Assembly: GCA_965153455.1 (NCBI GenBank)
Contig: OZ234493.1
Span: 7,802,213 to 7,866,212, forward strand
From: Sphagnum compactum
Taxonomy: Eukaryota
DNA length: 64,000 bases
Direction: 5' to 3'
Positions 13,431 through 26,834 of this stretch are shown piece after piece (within the stretch, counting starts at the first letter, position 1; each line of letters opens with the position of its first letter). The position numbers were made by a program, and so were the translations under genes. The notes beneath the pieces are model-generated. The model saw nothing but the letters and a program-made list of their open reading frames with translations. It did no database searches and had not been told where the DNA came from.

Positions 13431-16400
13431 GTTTCTACTCTCAAGTTTTTGTGTGATAACTACAATATTCATGGTTCTGTGGGTCTCCCATTATCATACT
13501 TTGGGATATTAAAATTTAAGATCCATTGTTTCTTCATTGTTCAAGTTCCAAATTCATAATAGATCACTTAAATGTTTAAAAAATTGGCCAAACTTTTTTT
13601 GTGTAACAAGTTTGAAAACCAAGTTTGGGTCTAATTTGTGAATTTGTGTGGAACTTTTTATGACCAATATGGTTAAATATGCTTGAAATTAAATGATTTT
13701 CAATGAAAAATATGTTGTTTAGTAGTTTGGGTTTAATTAAATTAATTTTTTAAGTGGAAGGATTGAGGTTCATGATTATAAGTTTGACATACTTAGATTC
13801 ATATAATATCCCACATCCCTTGAAGTTCCTCGAATTCATCTTACAGTAGATTCATCCATTGTAAATCAACTTCTTTATATTTGCAACCATTGTGTAATTT
13901 TTCAGAAAAAAAATTGAATGTTTTATACACAAGTTGAAATGATGCATGCCACCATAATAAAATGCTATTAGTGGCATGTGATCACAAAACCATAATTATA
14001 AAAACTTCGGAGATGTTCTTTAATTACCCTTCAACTAAGGTAAAAGGGTGAGAGCTTTTAAATGTTAAGATGACATGATTTGTTTCAAAACACTTAAAAA
14101 AACAATTCAACTTCACAAATAGACAAAACTTGGCTTGCAATTGTTGTGTAATATGAACCAAAATTGGGTTAAAAAAATTTCACAATTTTATAAGGATTGA
14201 GGCAATTGTGAAAGGGTCAATTATTCCCTTGCATAATATATTTTGTAGCTCTTGATGGGCTCCTCATTGAAATAAAAAACTTTTAAAATTCCAAAACTTC
14301 TTAAAGTTGTTATTTTGAATTAAGAAAACTTCATGTACATAGTTTTGGAACCTCATGATTTGTAGGGAATGCAATCAATTGGCACATATGACATCATTTT
14401 CTTATTGTTATTGTTGAGATTGTCCTATTGCCATGTCAAAATTTTGATTTGGACATTATTTCCTTTCTTAAATTTTCCTTTTAAATAGTCGAAACTTGAA
14501 ATGTATAGTCAAATAATAAACATAAATTTCAAAAACACCCAAACAATCAATTTTGACCATGATGATAGGAACAACACAAATGTTACAAAAGTAACATTGG
14601 AAAGGATCATTGCATGAAATGGCAAGGTTGTGGATTCCATAATGTTATCATTAAAAATTAAAATATTACATGTACAAGGGGCCATAAGAAAATGAGAATT
14701 TCAATTTCAATTTTTTTTCTTATGCTTATGTAATCTAAATGTTATGATTTTAGTTGGGGCTTTAAGAATGATAAGTTTTTTCCCAAGTTGAATTTATCAA
14801 GATGAAAATTTGACAAGAGGTTTAATGAATTAAAAGAAAGGTTAATGCATGAAATAAACTAAAGGGAATGAGACTTTGACCCAATCAAAGTGGGATATGT
14901 GTGAGAATCAATGGAAAGTCTCTCTTAAGATTCTCAAGTTGCATTCTCACTTTAGAAGTTGGGATTTTCAAAAAACTTCAAATGTTGAAATCGCATTTGA
15001 GGGATCATTGACATTATCCAAATTAAATTGTCTTCCTATCATTTGGAAGATATCAATAAGAGTAATATGATATTGGCTTGTATATTCAAAAAGGTGATTT
15101 TTCAATAGTTATTCAAATAACTAATAAACAACTTGCCAAAAGTGTCCCTATGTGTCCCATGTGTTTGGAATGCCATTTGGGAAAGCAAATCATGGTCAAA
15201 TTGAAAGTTTAACATTAACACACATATCACAACAAGTATAACACATTATAATAGGCATATCTTGATGGACATAACTTGGTGTGTCTACTCTTTGCATCCA
15301 AAATCAAATTGTAATCAATAGTGTGCCTAATACATATGGTATTTATCATTAGATACACCTCATTATTGTTATCTAATATTCCTTTGATTTTTTGAATGTA
15401 CATAATTTTATGATAAATTATAATAATCTTTAATTTTAAATATTTGGCAATGAAGGACAACATGAGGTCCACTAATTTTGAATTAATCCTTGAATGGAAT
15501 TAAAGGACTAAAGTTTGAATTTGATGCAAATTAGTTCATTATTCATTTAGTTTTACCAATTGTTATATTACAACTTTAACCTTGGGTTTGCAACCAAAGT
15601 TAAGCTAGGACAAAGGGAAATGCTATATGAATAATGAAATGAAATAATAGATTGCACCAAATGAAATAAAACACATGAGCTTTTGAACAAAATGTGAAAT
15701 GTGTGGGTGTCAAAAAGAATCATTCCAAAGATCCCTTATTTGCATTCCCACTTTCAAAATTATAACTTCCAATGAATCTTAAATGTTTATAATGATGTTT
15801 AGGAAACATGTCCAAATTTTGATTAAGTTTGGTGTTAGTGAAAATTTATGTCAATGAAGGTTGCAAGGTGGTGGGCTTGGGTACCTAAAAAAACTCCTTT
15901 TTTTTCTCCTCGAAAATAATAAGGGTTTGAAAAGTTGGGACATAAATTGCTAAAAAAGAGTTTCATTGAATGATTAAAGTGAGTGTGAACATAATAACAT
16001 GAACCACATGTTTCCATTCAAAACTTTAAAATAGTTAAAATAGTTGATGTGACAAATTGGGATTACTTGCATTCCTTGAATTCTAAGCACAAATAATAAT
16101 GATTACACTATTTTAAAAGTGACATATTTGGGCAATTATACTCATTACATCCATTTCAAATTTATCCAAACATCACAACGATATATTGAATTCATTGTTG
16201 TGTCTATACATCACACATTTTCAACAATAATTATATTTATCATTAAAAACCATGCAAAAATAAGTTATTGATCTATTCATTGCATTGGACTATGTCTGCA
16301 TCAATGTTGGCCAAATCTAGTTTTTAATTTAAGTTTTGATACCCCATTTGACAATTCTAAGTGGGGGCAAACTTGTCACAAGGCCAACCTTGGGTGAGTA

Positions 16401-19400
16401 ATATGCTTAAACTCGAGAAAACTTGAGATTAGATAAATCCAACACAAACTTTGACTTGATGAATCTTGAGGTTCTTTTGCAAGTGTTGGGTCTTAGTTGT
16501 AGATAAAGGTTATGTAGGTAGGGTTTAGGTCTAAATTTAAAACTACAATTGGCCAATTCATGTATTGCCACTTTGTGCACCTTCTTCCACATTAAATAAA
16601 TAATCCATGCCTTAAACATCATGAACTTATTTATTCACTCATGATTTTGAATCTTTCCATAAAATCTAAAATTTCTTCCCTTGCAAAGTTAGCTATCAAC
16701 TTTGACATCAAACTATCACTTCAACCATCATTCCTTCCATTCAAAATTTAGTACTACAATCACTAAACATTGCAAGTGGGAAAAAAAATGATAAAAAAAA
16801 TGTAAGCACCCATAACCTAATCATCCAACCTTAAAGTTTGATATTTTATTTTCAAGCCAATCTATCTATGAAAATGACGATATGTCTTATGTCAATTGGC
16901 AACTTTTTTTTTTCCTTCTTTTTTCAACAATGACATGTTTCAATTGCCAATTGACATTGTTTTTGGGTTAGTTTTTTATTTTGGGCGCCAGGATAGGGAA
17001 TGGGGATGGGGGTGGGACTTCCTTTGTCCATTGTTACCATATGCCAAAAAAAGGCTTAAAGCCAAACATACATCAAACTCATAATTAACAAGCCTTATAA
17101 AGCCCATAATCAAAAACCCAAGAATTGGCAATCTAAAAAAATTGATCCCAACCTTGGAACTGACAAGTTTTAGTTCAACTGAAAATATTCCTTAAGACTA
17201 ATGAATCATCCATTTAATTTTTTTAAAAAAGTTTACTTAATTTTATTATGTTAAGCTTTATATTAAAAAATATCCAAAAATATGTCATTAAAAAATATTT
17301 TCAAATTGTGCTTTTAGTGTCAAACTATTTTAAGTTGCTTTTATGCAACTTTTAAGTTGTGGTTACAAGAGGTTAAAAGTTTTTTTACGTATTTTTCACT
17401 CATTATATTAATTCCAAATTTTTATGACATGTACATAGTGTATTCACAATAAAATTTTATAAAAAATTATTCTATTTATTATTTTTATTTATTTTTAGAA
17501 TCCAAAATTCAAAAAATAAAATAGTGGTTACAACTGCTTTTGGTAGATGTTAGTATGACTGTACCCATGATAAATCCCCAATATCATTTTTCAATTATGA
17601 GCACCTTAACCCATCTTATAAGAATTCGTCGCTTGCAAATAACCATGTTTAAATATTTTTTAACTACCTCATGAAACATGACCAATATTTTGTCATCAAT
17701 AGTCATTTTCATACTTTAGAAAGTGCCATTGAACACATCACATTTTTTGTACCCTTCCTATTTGGAATGATGTTTATGAATTCAACTCCCTTTTTGTTAC
17801 TAACAAGGATTGTTTACTTGAACCTTTGTGGGATGAAAATAGTGCAATGAATGTAATTAAAATGAAGACCTAATGAAAAGTGAATCAAGGTGTCGAATGC
17901 ACAAAAACAACAAGAAAATGGTTAATTGATCATTTTTCTTTTTGTTTTGTGGATGTGGGTGTTTAGAGTTGTTTGTTGCAACTTAATTGCCTCAAAAGGT
18001 TTGTCATGTGTGTTTGCATAATGGAAATCCAAATGGTGGATTAACTAGAATTTTAAAATTTTTTCAATGATGGTGGGTGTGACGGAAATATTTGGACAAC
18101 TAATATGAAGATGGCTTGTGCATGGGGGTAAAGCTTGAGCTTGGAGTTTTGAGCTTGTAGCTCAAAATTTAATGTGATTTTAATTCACCTACACAAATGA
18201 ATGTGTCCATAAATGAATGATTTCATATGGATGAATGTCATTTTTTTGCATGGATGAATTTCATTTATGAGTTGGATTAAATAAATAAATCATTGGATGA
18301 AATTCATTCATGATTGAAAGATAAATTAATTAAAATTTATTTATATCCATCTTTATTTATTTTTTGAGTATTAATATTTAATTTTGAATGTCATTTCATA
18401 ATGATGGATAATATAACTATAGGGAAAAATATGATGATGGGACCAAAATTGATAAAAAAAATTTGTTTATAAAATCATTTAATGCCCCCCACCCCCCTTA
18501 TTGTTGTCAACAACATTATATATGTATTTTGTGAAAAATTAAACCAACCTTGAAAAGTAAATTATTAAAAACAACCTCATTGTCATTTATGATAGTAGGC
18601 TCTTTGAAGGAAGCTAATTAAGGTGCATGAAAATATATTTTATTTTATTTCAAAAACCCATTGTCATTGAGTTTTAAAATATGTAAAGCATTCAAAACCC
18701 ATTGTTATTAACAACACTAATTAGATTTGATGAAAATTGTGGCACCTTCAAAGAAGAATGAAAAAAAATTCAGCCCCCATTGTTGTCCATGATGCTTATA
18801 AATAGGTTTGAAGGAACTTGTGGCACCTTTGGAGGAAAATAAAACCCATTGTCATCAATGACATTACGTTAATTGGCCCAAGAAAGAAAATAAATGAATT
18901 CTTAATTTTAAAAGCAATGATGGGTGAATGTTAGCATAATAATAGTAAAATAATTAAAACATATTGAAAATAATAACATTTTGAATCATAGCCATCAAAT
19001 ATGTATATAATGGAATTTACATTATATTCTTCAACAAATGTTATATCACATAGAATTAAATTGTGTTTCATGAAGCTCTAGTTAATTAAAACTATGGGAA
19101 AAAAAAGTTTCATTGATAAGAACTTAATGATAAAATAAAAGATCTGGTCATAATTTTGATGGAAGTTTTATATATTAAAAACATGTAAATTCAATTTTTT
19201 TTTCATCCATACATTAGATGGATGAAAAAAATCATTCATTCCCATGTTTGCTTCTAAGTTACCTATATAACATTCATTTCGTCATTAAATTCTTGAGTTT
19301 TATTTGCATGTGTATAGGGGAAAAAACATTTACCATCCTAAGTTCCAACTCTAGGCTTTAGGTTCAAGCTTTAGGCTCATGCACCAATTTGCCTCCAACT

Positions 19401-21217
19401 AATTTTGTGGAGAAGTGGATGATGCAAATGCATAAGAAGGTGAATTCTATGGAAGCTAAACACTTTCCTTTAGAATGCCCATAGCCATAGATGGTGTAGC
19501 TTCTAACTCCAATATATATTTCATTGTGTACTAGAGTTAGAGACTAGGAGTTGTAGTAGACCTAAGAATATGAATAAATTACATAGAAGTGGTGGAAATG
19601 ATGAAGATCCATAGGGGACAATTAGGGCTAGCTTGAAGGAAGCATCAATTTGTGAATTGTGAAAGGTTGATGGGGAAGTTACATCTGAAAAACTGAAATT
19701 CAATAGTTTGGGAACTCCAAGGATAGAATGTTTGTAGTCTTCTAAGGATGGAAATTGAAAAAATTTATATTGGATTCCGACATTCATCTCATCCTTATCA
19801 AAATGTTTGAATGGAATTGTGGGAATTGTTGTTGGGTGATAATATGCCAAAATTAATGCTAAGTGTGACCATGATAGCCTACAAAGAATAGATTGGAGAG
19901 ATATGATCCACCATTTTTATGATTATTATATATTGAGAAATATAGTTTAAATGGATAGTTTGGAATCCCAAGTTGGTCCCAATTTGTAAACTCCATAGGA
20001 AACAAAGTTTAACAAGGGTTGATTATGTGAAGTTTTTGGGTTGGTTAAGAAACATAATTGTTCACGGTAGGAATACAGGATTACCAAAGAGTTGATAAAT
20101 GTTTGTAAGCAATTAAAGAAATTTAGATAGCATCATTTTTTATTTATTTTTGGTTACACCTTGACTATGTGATTTCAAAATTTGAATCATACCCAAGCAT
20201 CAAAACTTTGAAAAACAAATTACTCAAAGATTTTTTCATTGCAACCCTTCAATTCCTAAATCAACACCCATGCATGGCCATCCATAGGCCATCTCATTGA
20301 AATCTTTTGAGTTTTAGGACTTGTGATGGTGCATATATCATGTATATTGCCAAATCCATATGTAATGTAAAGTTATGGTGAAATTTTGTTGTATTTTTTC
20401 CATGTACGATTAGCGCATTATGATTTTAAGCTAGGTGCCAAGAATGGGTGTTTGCAATGGTTCTATGTGCACACTTATAGTTGAGTTTTTAGCATTGCAA
20501 AACATGTTTAAATTTGAAATTCAAGATTTGTTCAACCTTCATCTCCAAGAGTGATACAACGTACCAGCAATTTGACTTGCTGAATTTAATACAAAATGCA
20601 TAATGCTAGTAAAATGGTTTCTGATCTAATACATGTTGTCAATAGATCAAAATGTTGAATCCAAATGAAAACTATTGGATTTCCATCAAATTCCTACATT
20701 ATCATGATACTTGAATGGAATTTGCATTATGCATAATTCACTTGCTTTATTATAAAAATACCATTATTTCAAAATAATATTTTTAAAAATATAATAAACA
20801 TCCATAAATATAAATATGGTTCACAAAAAAATTTGATAGATTTTCTGAAAATATAAGACTTTAAATTTTTTTTTAAATGTTATTTTCATTCATTAAATGA
20901 ACTTTCCAGTTGACAAAATTTACCATATTATTTATTGCTAAATAAATATGAGTATTAATATTCATTTCACTTGTAAATAATAACAAAATGATAATTTTTA
21001 AAGTGGGCCAAGGTGAACCAACACCCACATTAGTACCTTCACCTTCTTGAATGAAGCATTTTAGTGGCCATATTCAACCCAAAAGATGTTAAATTTGAAC
21101 TGAAATTTTTTGATTTAATCTTGGGATGAGATATTCACCATAGTTAGAAGCAACTTAAACTAGTTGTGTTTGCCCCATACATGTTTGGTAAAAGCTAAAA
21201 GGGTCCTAATTTTTTTA

Positions 21218-21456
21218 AGTGTACCAAAATCTTGTCATAGCATCGTCCGTTGCTGTCTTTTTTACTTAGTCATTTTTTACCATATAAATACACATTTACG
21301 GATGATTATGATGAAATTTAAAATTGTAATGGTCTAAAATATAATCTTTTAAAATTTTTTGACAACTTTTGACTCATTATTTTTTATGGGGATAAAAATA
21401 TAAGGTAAAAAGGACTACATTTAGGACTAGGCCCTTTTCATCCTTTGTGGTACACC
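21218..21456. mobile_element. MITE-like element, copy 1 (second copy 47249-47491)
   Basis: Ends gtgtacca...tggtacac are inverted; the ~240-bp body is colinear with 47249-47491. Confidence 0.6.
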
Positions 21457-21927
21457 TTAAAAAAATTTCACCCAAAATCATACATTCATGTTTACTATCT
21501 TAGAGAAATAATGAAATTTTATAACATAAAAAACAACAACAATATAAACAAATTAATTAATCAAAAAAATAATTTCATTATAATTTTGTTATTAAATCTT
21601 CGTCAAAGCCTTATTGAAGTTTTAAAAATAACATCAAATTGATTAAAACCATTCATATGTCAAAAACGAATTTTGTATTAAAATTTTAATTAAAATTTAA
21701 ATCAATGTGTTTTATTTTAATCAATTCTTGCATAATCTTTCAAATCAATTTTCTGAAAATTTTATTTTAATATGATTTAAAGGAATTGAAGCTAATTATT
21801 TATATGTTTATACAAACAAACTTATGAACTAGAGAAAGATCATGTTATATAACTCCTGATCCTCCCGCAGCACAATTTGGAAAAGAATTATGCAGAGAAT
21901 TGGAACATAAGATCTAATTAGAACAAA

Positions 21928-22207
21928 GATTGCAAGTCCTTGCTGCAAGCAGATGATCTCCACCAACTAGCAGTGATTGATTGCAAGTTGTTGCAAGCAG
22001 ATGATCTGCACTAGCAGTGACCGATTGCAAAGTTCTTGCAAGCAGATGATCTGCACTAGAAGTGACTGATTGCAAGTTCCTGCAAGCAGATGATCTGCAT
22101 TAGCAGTGACTGATTGCAAGTCCTTGCTGCAAGCAGATCATCTGCACTAGCAGTGACTGAATCGCAAGTTCTTGCAAGCAGATGATCTGCAGGCACTAGC
22201 AGTGACT
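21928..22207. repeat. Tandem repeat, 6 copies of ~44-51 bp, 3' of APX
   Basis: Consensus GATTGCAAGTTCTTGCAAGCAGATGATCTGCACTAGCAGTGACT; units start near 21928, 21979, 22023, 22068, 22112 and 22159. Confidence 0.95.
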
Positions 22208-22354
22208 ATTATAATTATAACTAAGTGGCATCTGATAGAAAAAAGATATGCACGTACGATCTTCCAATTTTAGGATGATGTAGTAGTAGCTGAGCAATAG
22301 TTGCAAATGATGTTGAATAAACTGTATTCCTTGTATTATATTGTAGCTTGTGAA

Positions 22355-23155
22355 CTAGTACTGATCCTCTGCATCTGCAAAGCCAAGCTCGGACAGTTTC
22401 AAATGGGAGACGGTGTAATCCTGGAAAAACTTCTCTTCATCTGCAGCATACAGCTCCACTATCTCGAGTGTCACAGGATCCTCAAGAAGTGCTTCATCGC
22501 TAGGAAGCAGAATGAGTCCTGATGCGTACTCGTCGGCCTGATCTGATCTTTCAGCAGTAGCAGTTCGCAGCAGCTCCTTGAAATAAGAGTTGTCGAACTG
22601 GAGTGGGTTGAATGTCCAGGCACCTTCAAAACCGGAGCGATCCTTGTGGCATCTACCCAGAGTGTGAGCGCCAGAGAGAGCCACAATATCTTGGTCAGTT
22701 AGACCCATCCCATCGACGAATACATCACGAAGATGGTTCAAGCCTTTGGTAGCATCAGGCAACCGACCTTCAACAGGAGAAGTGGTGGAATCTTTTCTTC
22801 CTGGATGGAAAGGGATTGTGGGTCCGCCGGTGACCTCTACCGCTACAACACCCGCAAGCTGGTACAAATCCGCGTACGACAGGATCGGGAACTGGTCCTT
22901 AATGGGCTGAAGAAGGTTCACAGCAATGTGAAGCCCGGCGTTAGCTCCATGAGCAAGCTCCTCTTTCTGTCTGATGCTACCGAAAGGACCTCCAGTTCTG
23001 GACTTACAATCGAAAGTACCAGCTCCATGCCATGCAAGACGAACGATGATGGGTGCACACTTCTTATCAGCAATCAAACTTCGGAGCTTCCTTCGAGCTT
23101 TCTCCACAGCAACGCCATACTCCTCACTCACTTGTGGGTACACCTTCATCCTCAT
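22355..23155 (-). CDS. APX: Cytosolic-type L-ascorbate peroxidase, intronless, 266 aa
   Basis: [13 protein letters not shown]...[13 protein letters not shown] (distal Arg/Trp/His), [21 protein letters not shown] (proximal His, ascorbate-binding Arg, Trp), LPSDE (proximal Asp), C-terminal KLSELGFA. Single ORF with no transit peptide or TM anchor. Start ATG at 23155 or 23149. Confidence 0.95.
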   Translation of the reverse strand: MRMKVYPQVSEEYGVAVEKARRKLRSLIADKKCAPIIVRLAWHGAGTFDCKSRTGGPFGSIRQKEELAHGANAGLHIAVNLLQPIKDQFPILSYADLYQLAGVVAVEVTGGPTIPFHPGRKDSTTSPVEGRLPDATKGLNHLRDVFVDGMGLTDQDIVALSGAHTLGRCHKDRSGFEGAWTFNPLQFDNSYFKELLRTATAERSDQADEYASGLILLPSDEALLEDPVTLEIVELYAADEEKFFQDYTVSHLKLSELGFADAEDQY

Positions 23156-23177
23156 TTTTTTTTCTTTGTTTTTTCCT

Positions 23178-23352
23178 TCTCGCTTCCTGATCAATCTCAG
23201 ACAAATTCTTGTGTGTACGACTACACAAGAAGATCTCGCTTCCTGATCAATTTCAGACAGATTCTTGTGTGTACAACTACACAAGAAGATATCGCTTCCT
23301 GATCAATCTCAGACAGATTCTTGTGTGTACAACTACTACACAAGAAGATCAG
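23178..23352. repeat. Tandem repeat, 3 x 56 bp, immediately 5' of APX
   Basis: Unit TCTCGCTTCCTGATCAATCTCAGACAGATTCTTGTGTGTACAACTACACAAGAAGA at 23178, 23234 and 23290. Confidence 0.95.
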
Positions 23353-24864
23353 ATTGTGCAAGAACAACAATTCTAACACCCAAGAAAAACCGCCCTTGCA
23401 CACTTCTCCTCCTCTCTACTGTGTGTGTCTGTGTACTGTATTCTGGAACCCAGTAGGAAATCTGGTTATTTTGGATTCTTTTTGGGTTGAAATCTGGCTA
23501 TTAGAAAATCTCAAAAAAACCACACATTTTTTTTAGCCATTTTGAAAAATAATTTAGCCAACAACTGGCTAACTGTAGCCAGGGAAAGAAAAAGCCCTGC
23601 TGCTGACCATCACTGGGGTTGCTGTGACTATTTCTTCACACCCAACAAAGTGGTCGACAAGACAAGAAAGTAGGGCCTGAAAAAGCCTGGTCGGTCTCGC
23701 CACAAGAAGTGCACATGGCTATGGAATAAAACAAATAAATTTAATTTAATTAATTAAAAAAAAAACACCAATCCAGAAGGGAAAGGGAGGAACACAAAGA
23801 GAGGACCAATGTCCAAAACCAAGACAACACCCAAAACCAAAAATCCCTCTGACAGAGAGAAGAAGGACCAAACCAAAGTGGGGAATCTTTTAGTTTTAGG
23901 GTTTGGGTACAGTAGACCTAAACTACAAACCCCTCAAATTTTGTGGGTTATTTGTATACATTGGAGTTATCCGTAAAGTCAGGAAATTAGGGGCCGGGAA
24001 CAGCCAATTTTGACATAATAGGACATCAAACGCATAACTGGAAATGAAAATTTTACAAAACAAAATGACTGGAACCCATACTAGTGAAGCTTTGGTGATG
24101 GCAGCATGCGCGTGAAGGTGGTGACAGAAGACGAGAGACACAGAGAGAGTCAGAAAAAGCAAAATGTAAATGGCGGCCATTCCGTGAGTGAGCACCTCTG
24201 CTAGGAGCTTAGGCGATGGTATAGAGAAAGGAAAATCCTCAGAGGAAGTGAACGTGGACACTGGAGAGAAGTAGCAGAGAGATAGTAATACTATTGGTGT
24301 ATTCCTTCCAAAAGAAGAGAAAGGAATGGCAGGCTTATTGGGGGTCAAATATCCGCAGCAAAATATACGAGAGTTTTCCTTATGTCAGGATGTGGTCAAG
24401 GCTACTAGCAGCCAGGGAGCTATGGACGGTGCAATGCCATGTAAATCCTATGAGTTTTAAGTTAAGCGCGGCACTCTTGCAATGAATGAGTTCGCCATCT
24501 TTGACAAGCTCATGCAATGGTGGGAAAGTCTTTTGGGGGGGGTGGGGGGTGGTGTTGCTTGGGCTTTTGCTTCCTAGGGCTTTCATGGTTTTTTTTTTTT
24601 TTGAATGGCTCCCTTATTACATCCCCCATTGGTTCGAGATACCTTTTGTCCTCATTATTCTAGCCTTTACCCTTTACGTAGCCTCCTGAAGCATGTCAAA
24701 AGTGCTCACCTTCCTACTAACTTCGTTTCTCAGGCTAGTCAAGTTGTTTTAGCTTTGTAGATGTTTTCCCTTCTTGTGCTTCTCCATGGTTCTATTTCTC
24801 TTGATTCTTAGGGTTGGCTTCAAGTTCAATCTAGCTCCATTTTGGGCTATTTGAGTCTTGTTTC

Positions 24865-25374
24865 GTGTGTCTTCGTTTGTTTCATAAGATCCATCAAGCC
24901 ATCCAAGACGAGGTCAGGCAAGCTTTTCGCTTACCCCTTGATCGAATTGCTCGAAACCCAACGGACGAGTTAACATGGTTCCTTTTCTTTCTATTGTTCC
25001 ATTGGTGTTTATGTTATACTCAAGGAAGTTGTTCAGGTCAACGAAAGGTTTTTGCTTGCCTTAAGAGGTTTTTGGCTAGCGATTGGTCTTCTTTTCAAGA
25101 AGAGTCTTCACGTGCCTCATGTGCACCACGTTCTCACCCTTCATGGGAAGATTCTTCGACCACTTGTTTTTGTTGTTGTTTAGCTTTAGGGAAAACCGGT
25201 GAGTACAATCACGTTATTAAAACTCTCCAACCCATGATACCAACTATTTTTTTGGAGGACACCATTGTTGCCTTAAGCAAGCTGCACCCCCTTCCTTTAG
25301 ACCTTAACCCTCCATTTATTTTTCGCTTTCAGCCCAAACACCTTTTTATCCTGGATACGACTATGTTCGCCCAA
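24865..25374 (+). mobile_element. 5' part of a degenerate CRE-like non-LTR retrotransposon ORF (pre-RT region); the element may begin near 24540
   Basis: ARNPTDELTWFLFFLLFHWCL...LKRFLASDW...LALGKTGEY...IVALSKLHP resembles the region preceding the RT in CRE-type elements; it breaks abruptly at 25374. Confidence 0.6.
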
Positions 25375-25824
25375 TGGTCATATCTCCTTTGTTTAAGCTT
25401 TTTTGGGTCTGTAACTTTGTGATCTTATAGATCATATAGGAATATATGTGTGAGAAAAATTTCATGTCATTTGGACTTGTATTGAGAGAGATCCAAGCAT
25501 TTGAAGTTTCAAGTGCAGATCTGGTTTTTTGGTCATATCTCCTTTGTTTAAGCTTTTTTGGGTCTGTAACTTTGTGATCTTATAGATCATATAGGAATAT
25601 ATGTGTGAGAGAAATTTCATGTCATTTGGACTTGTATTGAGAGAGATCCAAGCATCTGAAGTTTCAAGTGCAGATCTGGTTTTTTGGTCATATCTCCTTT
25701 GTTTAAGTTTTTTTGGGTCTGTAACTTTGTGATCTTATAGATCATATAGGAATATATGTGTGAGAGAAATTTCATGTCATTTGGACTTGTATTGAGAGAG
25801 ATCCAAGCATCTAAAGTTTCAAGT
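25375..25824. repeat. 155-bp tandem repeat x ~2.9 in the retrotransposon 5' leader
   Basis: Near-identical units begin tggtcatatctcc at 25375, 25530 and 25685. Confidence 0.95.
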
Positions 25825-25862
25825 TTGAAGATTGAAAGCGCAAAAGTGTGAGAACTACCACC

Positions 25863-26834
25863 ATGGACAACTCAGAATCAAACATCGATCTCACTCAAAT
25901 CCTCGCCGCCCTTCAGCACCTTCAACAAGAAAATGCCGTGCTTAGAGACTCGGTGACCCGCCTACAGAATCAGCCACCACCTCCTGCCCCAGTATTTCCT
26001 GCTCTTGCAATGGCCGCCCCAGAGCCCAAGATCAGTCTACCAGAAAAGTTTGATGGAATGCGCCTCAAATTTCGAGGCTTTGTCAGCCAGGTACACCTGA
26101 TCATGCAACTACACCCCCGTCGTTATTTTGATGACACCACTCGTGTAGGATTCGTTGGAACCCTACTCACTGGGACAGCTGCAGCATGGTTTGCTCCCAT
26201 CCTGGAAACATCATCCCCTCTCCTACAAGATTTCAACGCCTTTATGGCGGAATTTGAAGCAGTATTTGGGGACAATGACAAGGCCAGGACTTCAACCAAC
26301 AAGCTACGTCGCCTCCAGCAAGGGACACGTTCGGCCATCGTCTACGCCTCAGAATTCAGGCAGCTTGCCTGCGACGTCAATTGGGGAGAAGCTGCCTTGA
26401 TTGATCAGTTTCGCTGTGGGTTTCGTGATGATGTTCAAGATCTTTTGTTGACACTCGCAGACCTTTCTTCCTTCAGTGAAGCCATCACCCAGGCAATTCG
26501 GTGCGATAATCGTCTATTCGAACGTCGCTAGGAAAAGAAAGTCACCTCCAACGCCCAGCTTTGGAACAGTCGGCCTACTACGCTCCCTTTAGTTCCCTAA
26601 ACAACACCAGTTGCCCGACCTGCCTCTTTTGGACCTGCTCCGATGCAGATCGACATAACTAAGTTTAAATCTTTGACAGAAGCCGAGAAACTTCGCCGAA
26701 GGACAAACAATCTATGTCTTTACTGTGGCAACCCAGGGCATATAGCTCATCAGTGCCCTCAAAAGCTTGTCAAACTTCAAGTACAAGCTGTGGAAACTCC
26801 CCAAGAGTTGGAAAACAAGAACATCCAGTCATAG
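25863..26834 (+). pseudogene. gag: gag with CCHC zinc knuckle, two premature stops
   Basis: PKISLPEKFDG...LRRLQQGTRSAIVYASEFRQLA...PMQID...[16 protein letters not shown]; in-frame TAG at 26529 and TAA at 26598. Confidence 0.9.

Noticed and set aside
21928-22207. CRISPR-like array of palindromic repeats
   Set aside because: Units are head-to-tail with no unique spacers, no cas genes, and the context is eukaryotic.
23156-23284. N-terminal extension of APX in the 309-aa ORF
   Set aside because: Starts at a non-ATG codon and is only translation through the 56-bp repeat; homology starts at MRMKVYP.
23441-23448. Heat-shock element upstream of APX (TTCtgGAA)
   Set aside because: Only two nGAAn units, expected by chance.
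23900-24500. Possible coding or LINE remnant between APX and the CRE-like element
   Set aside because: No motif I can assign in any frame.
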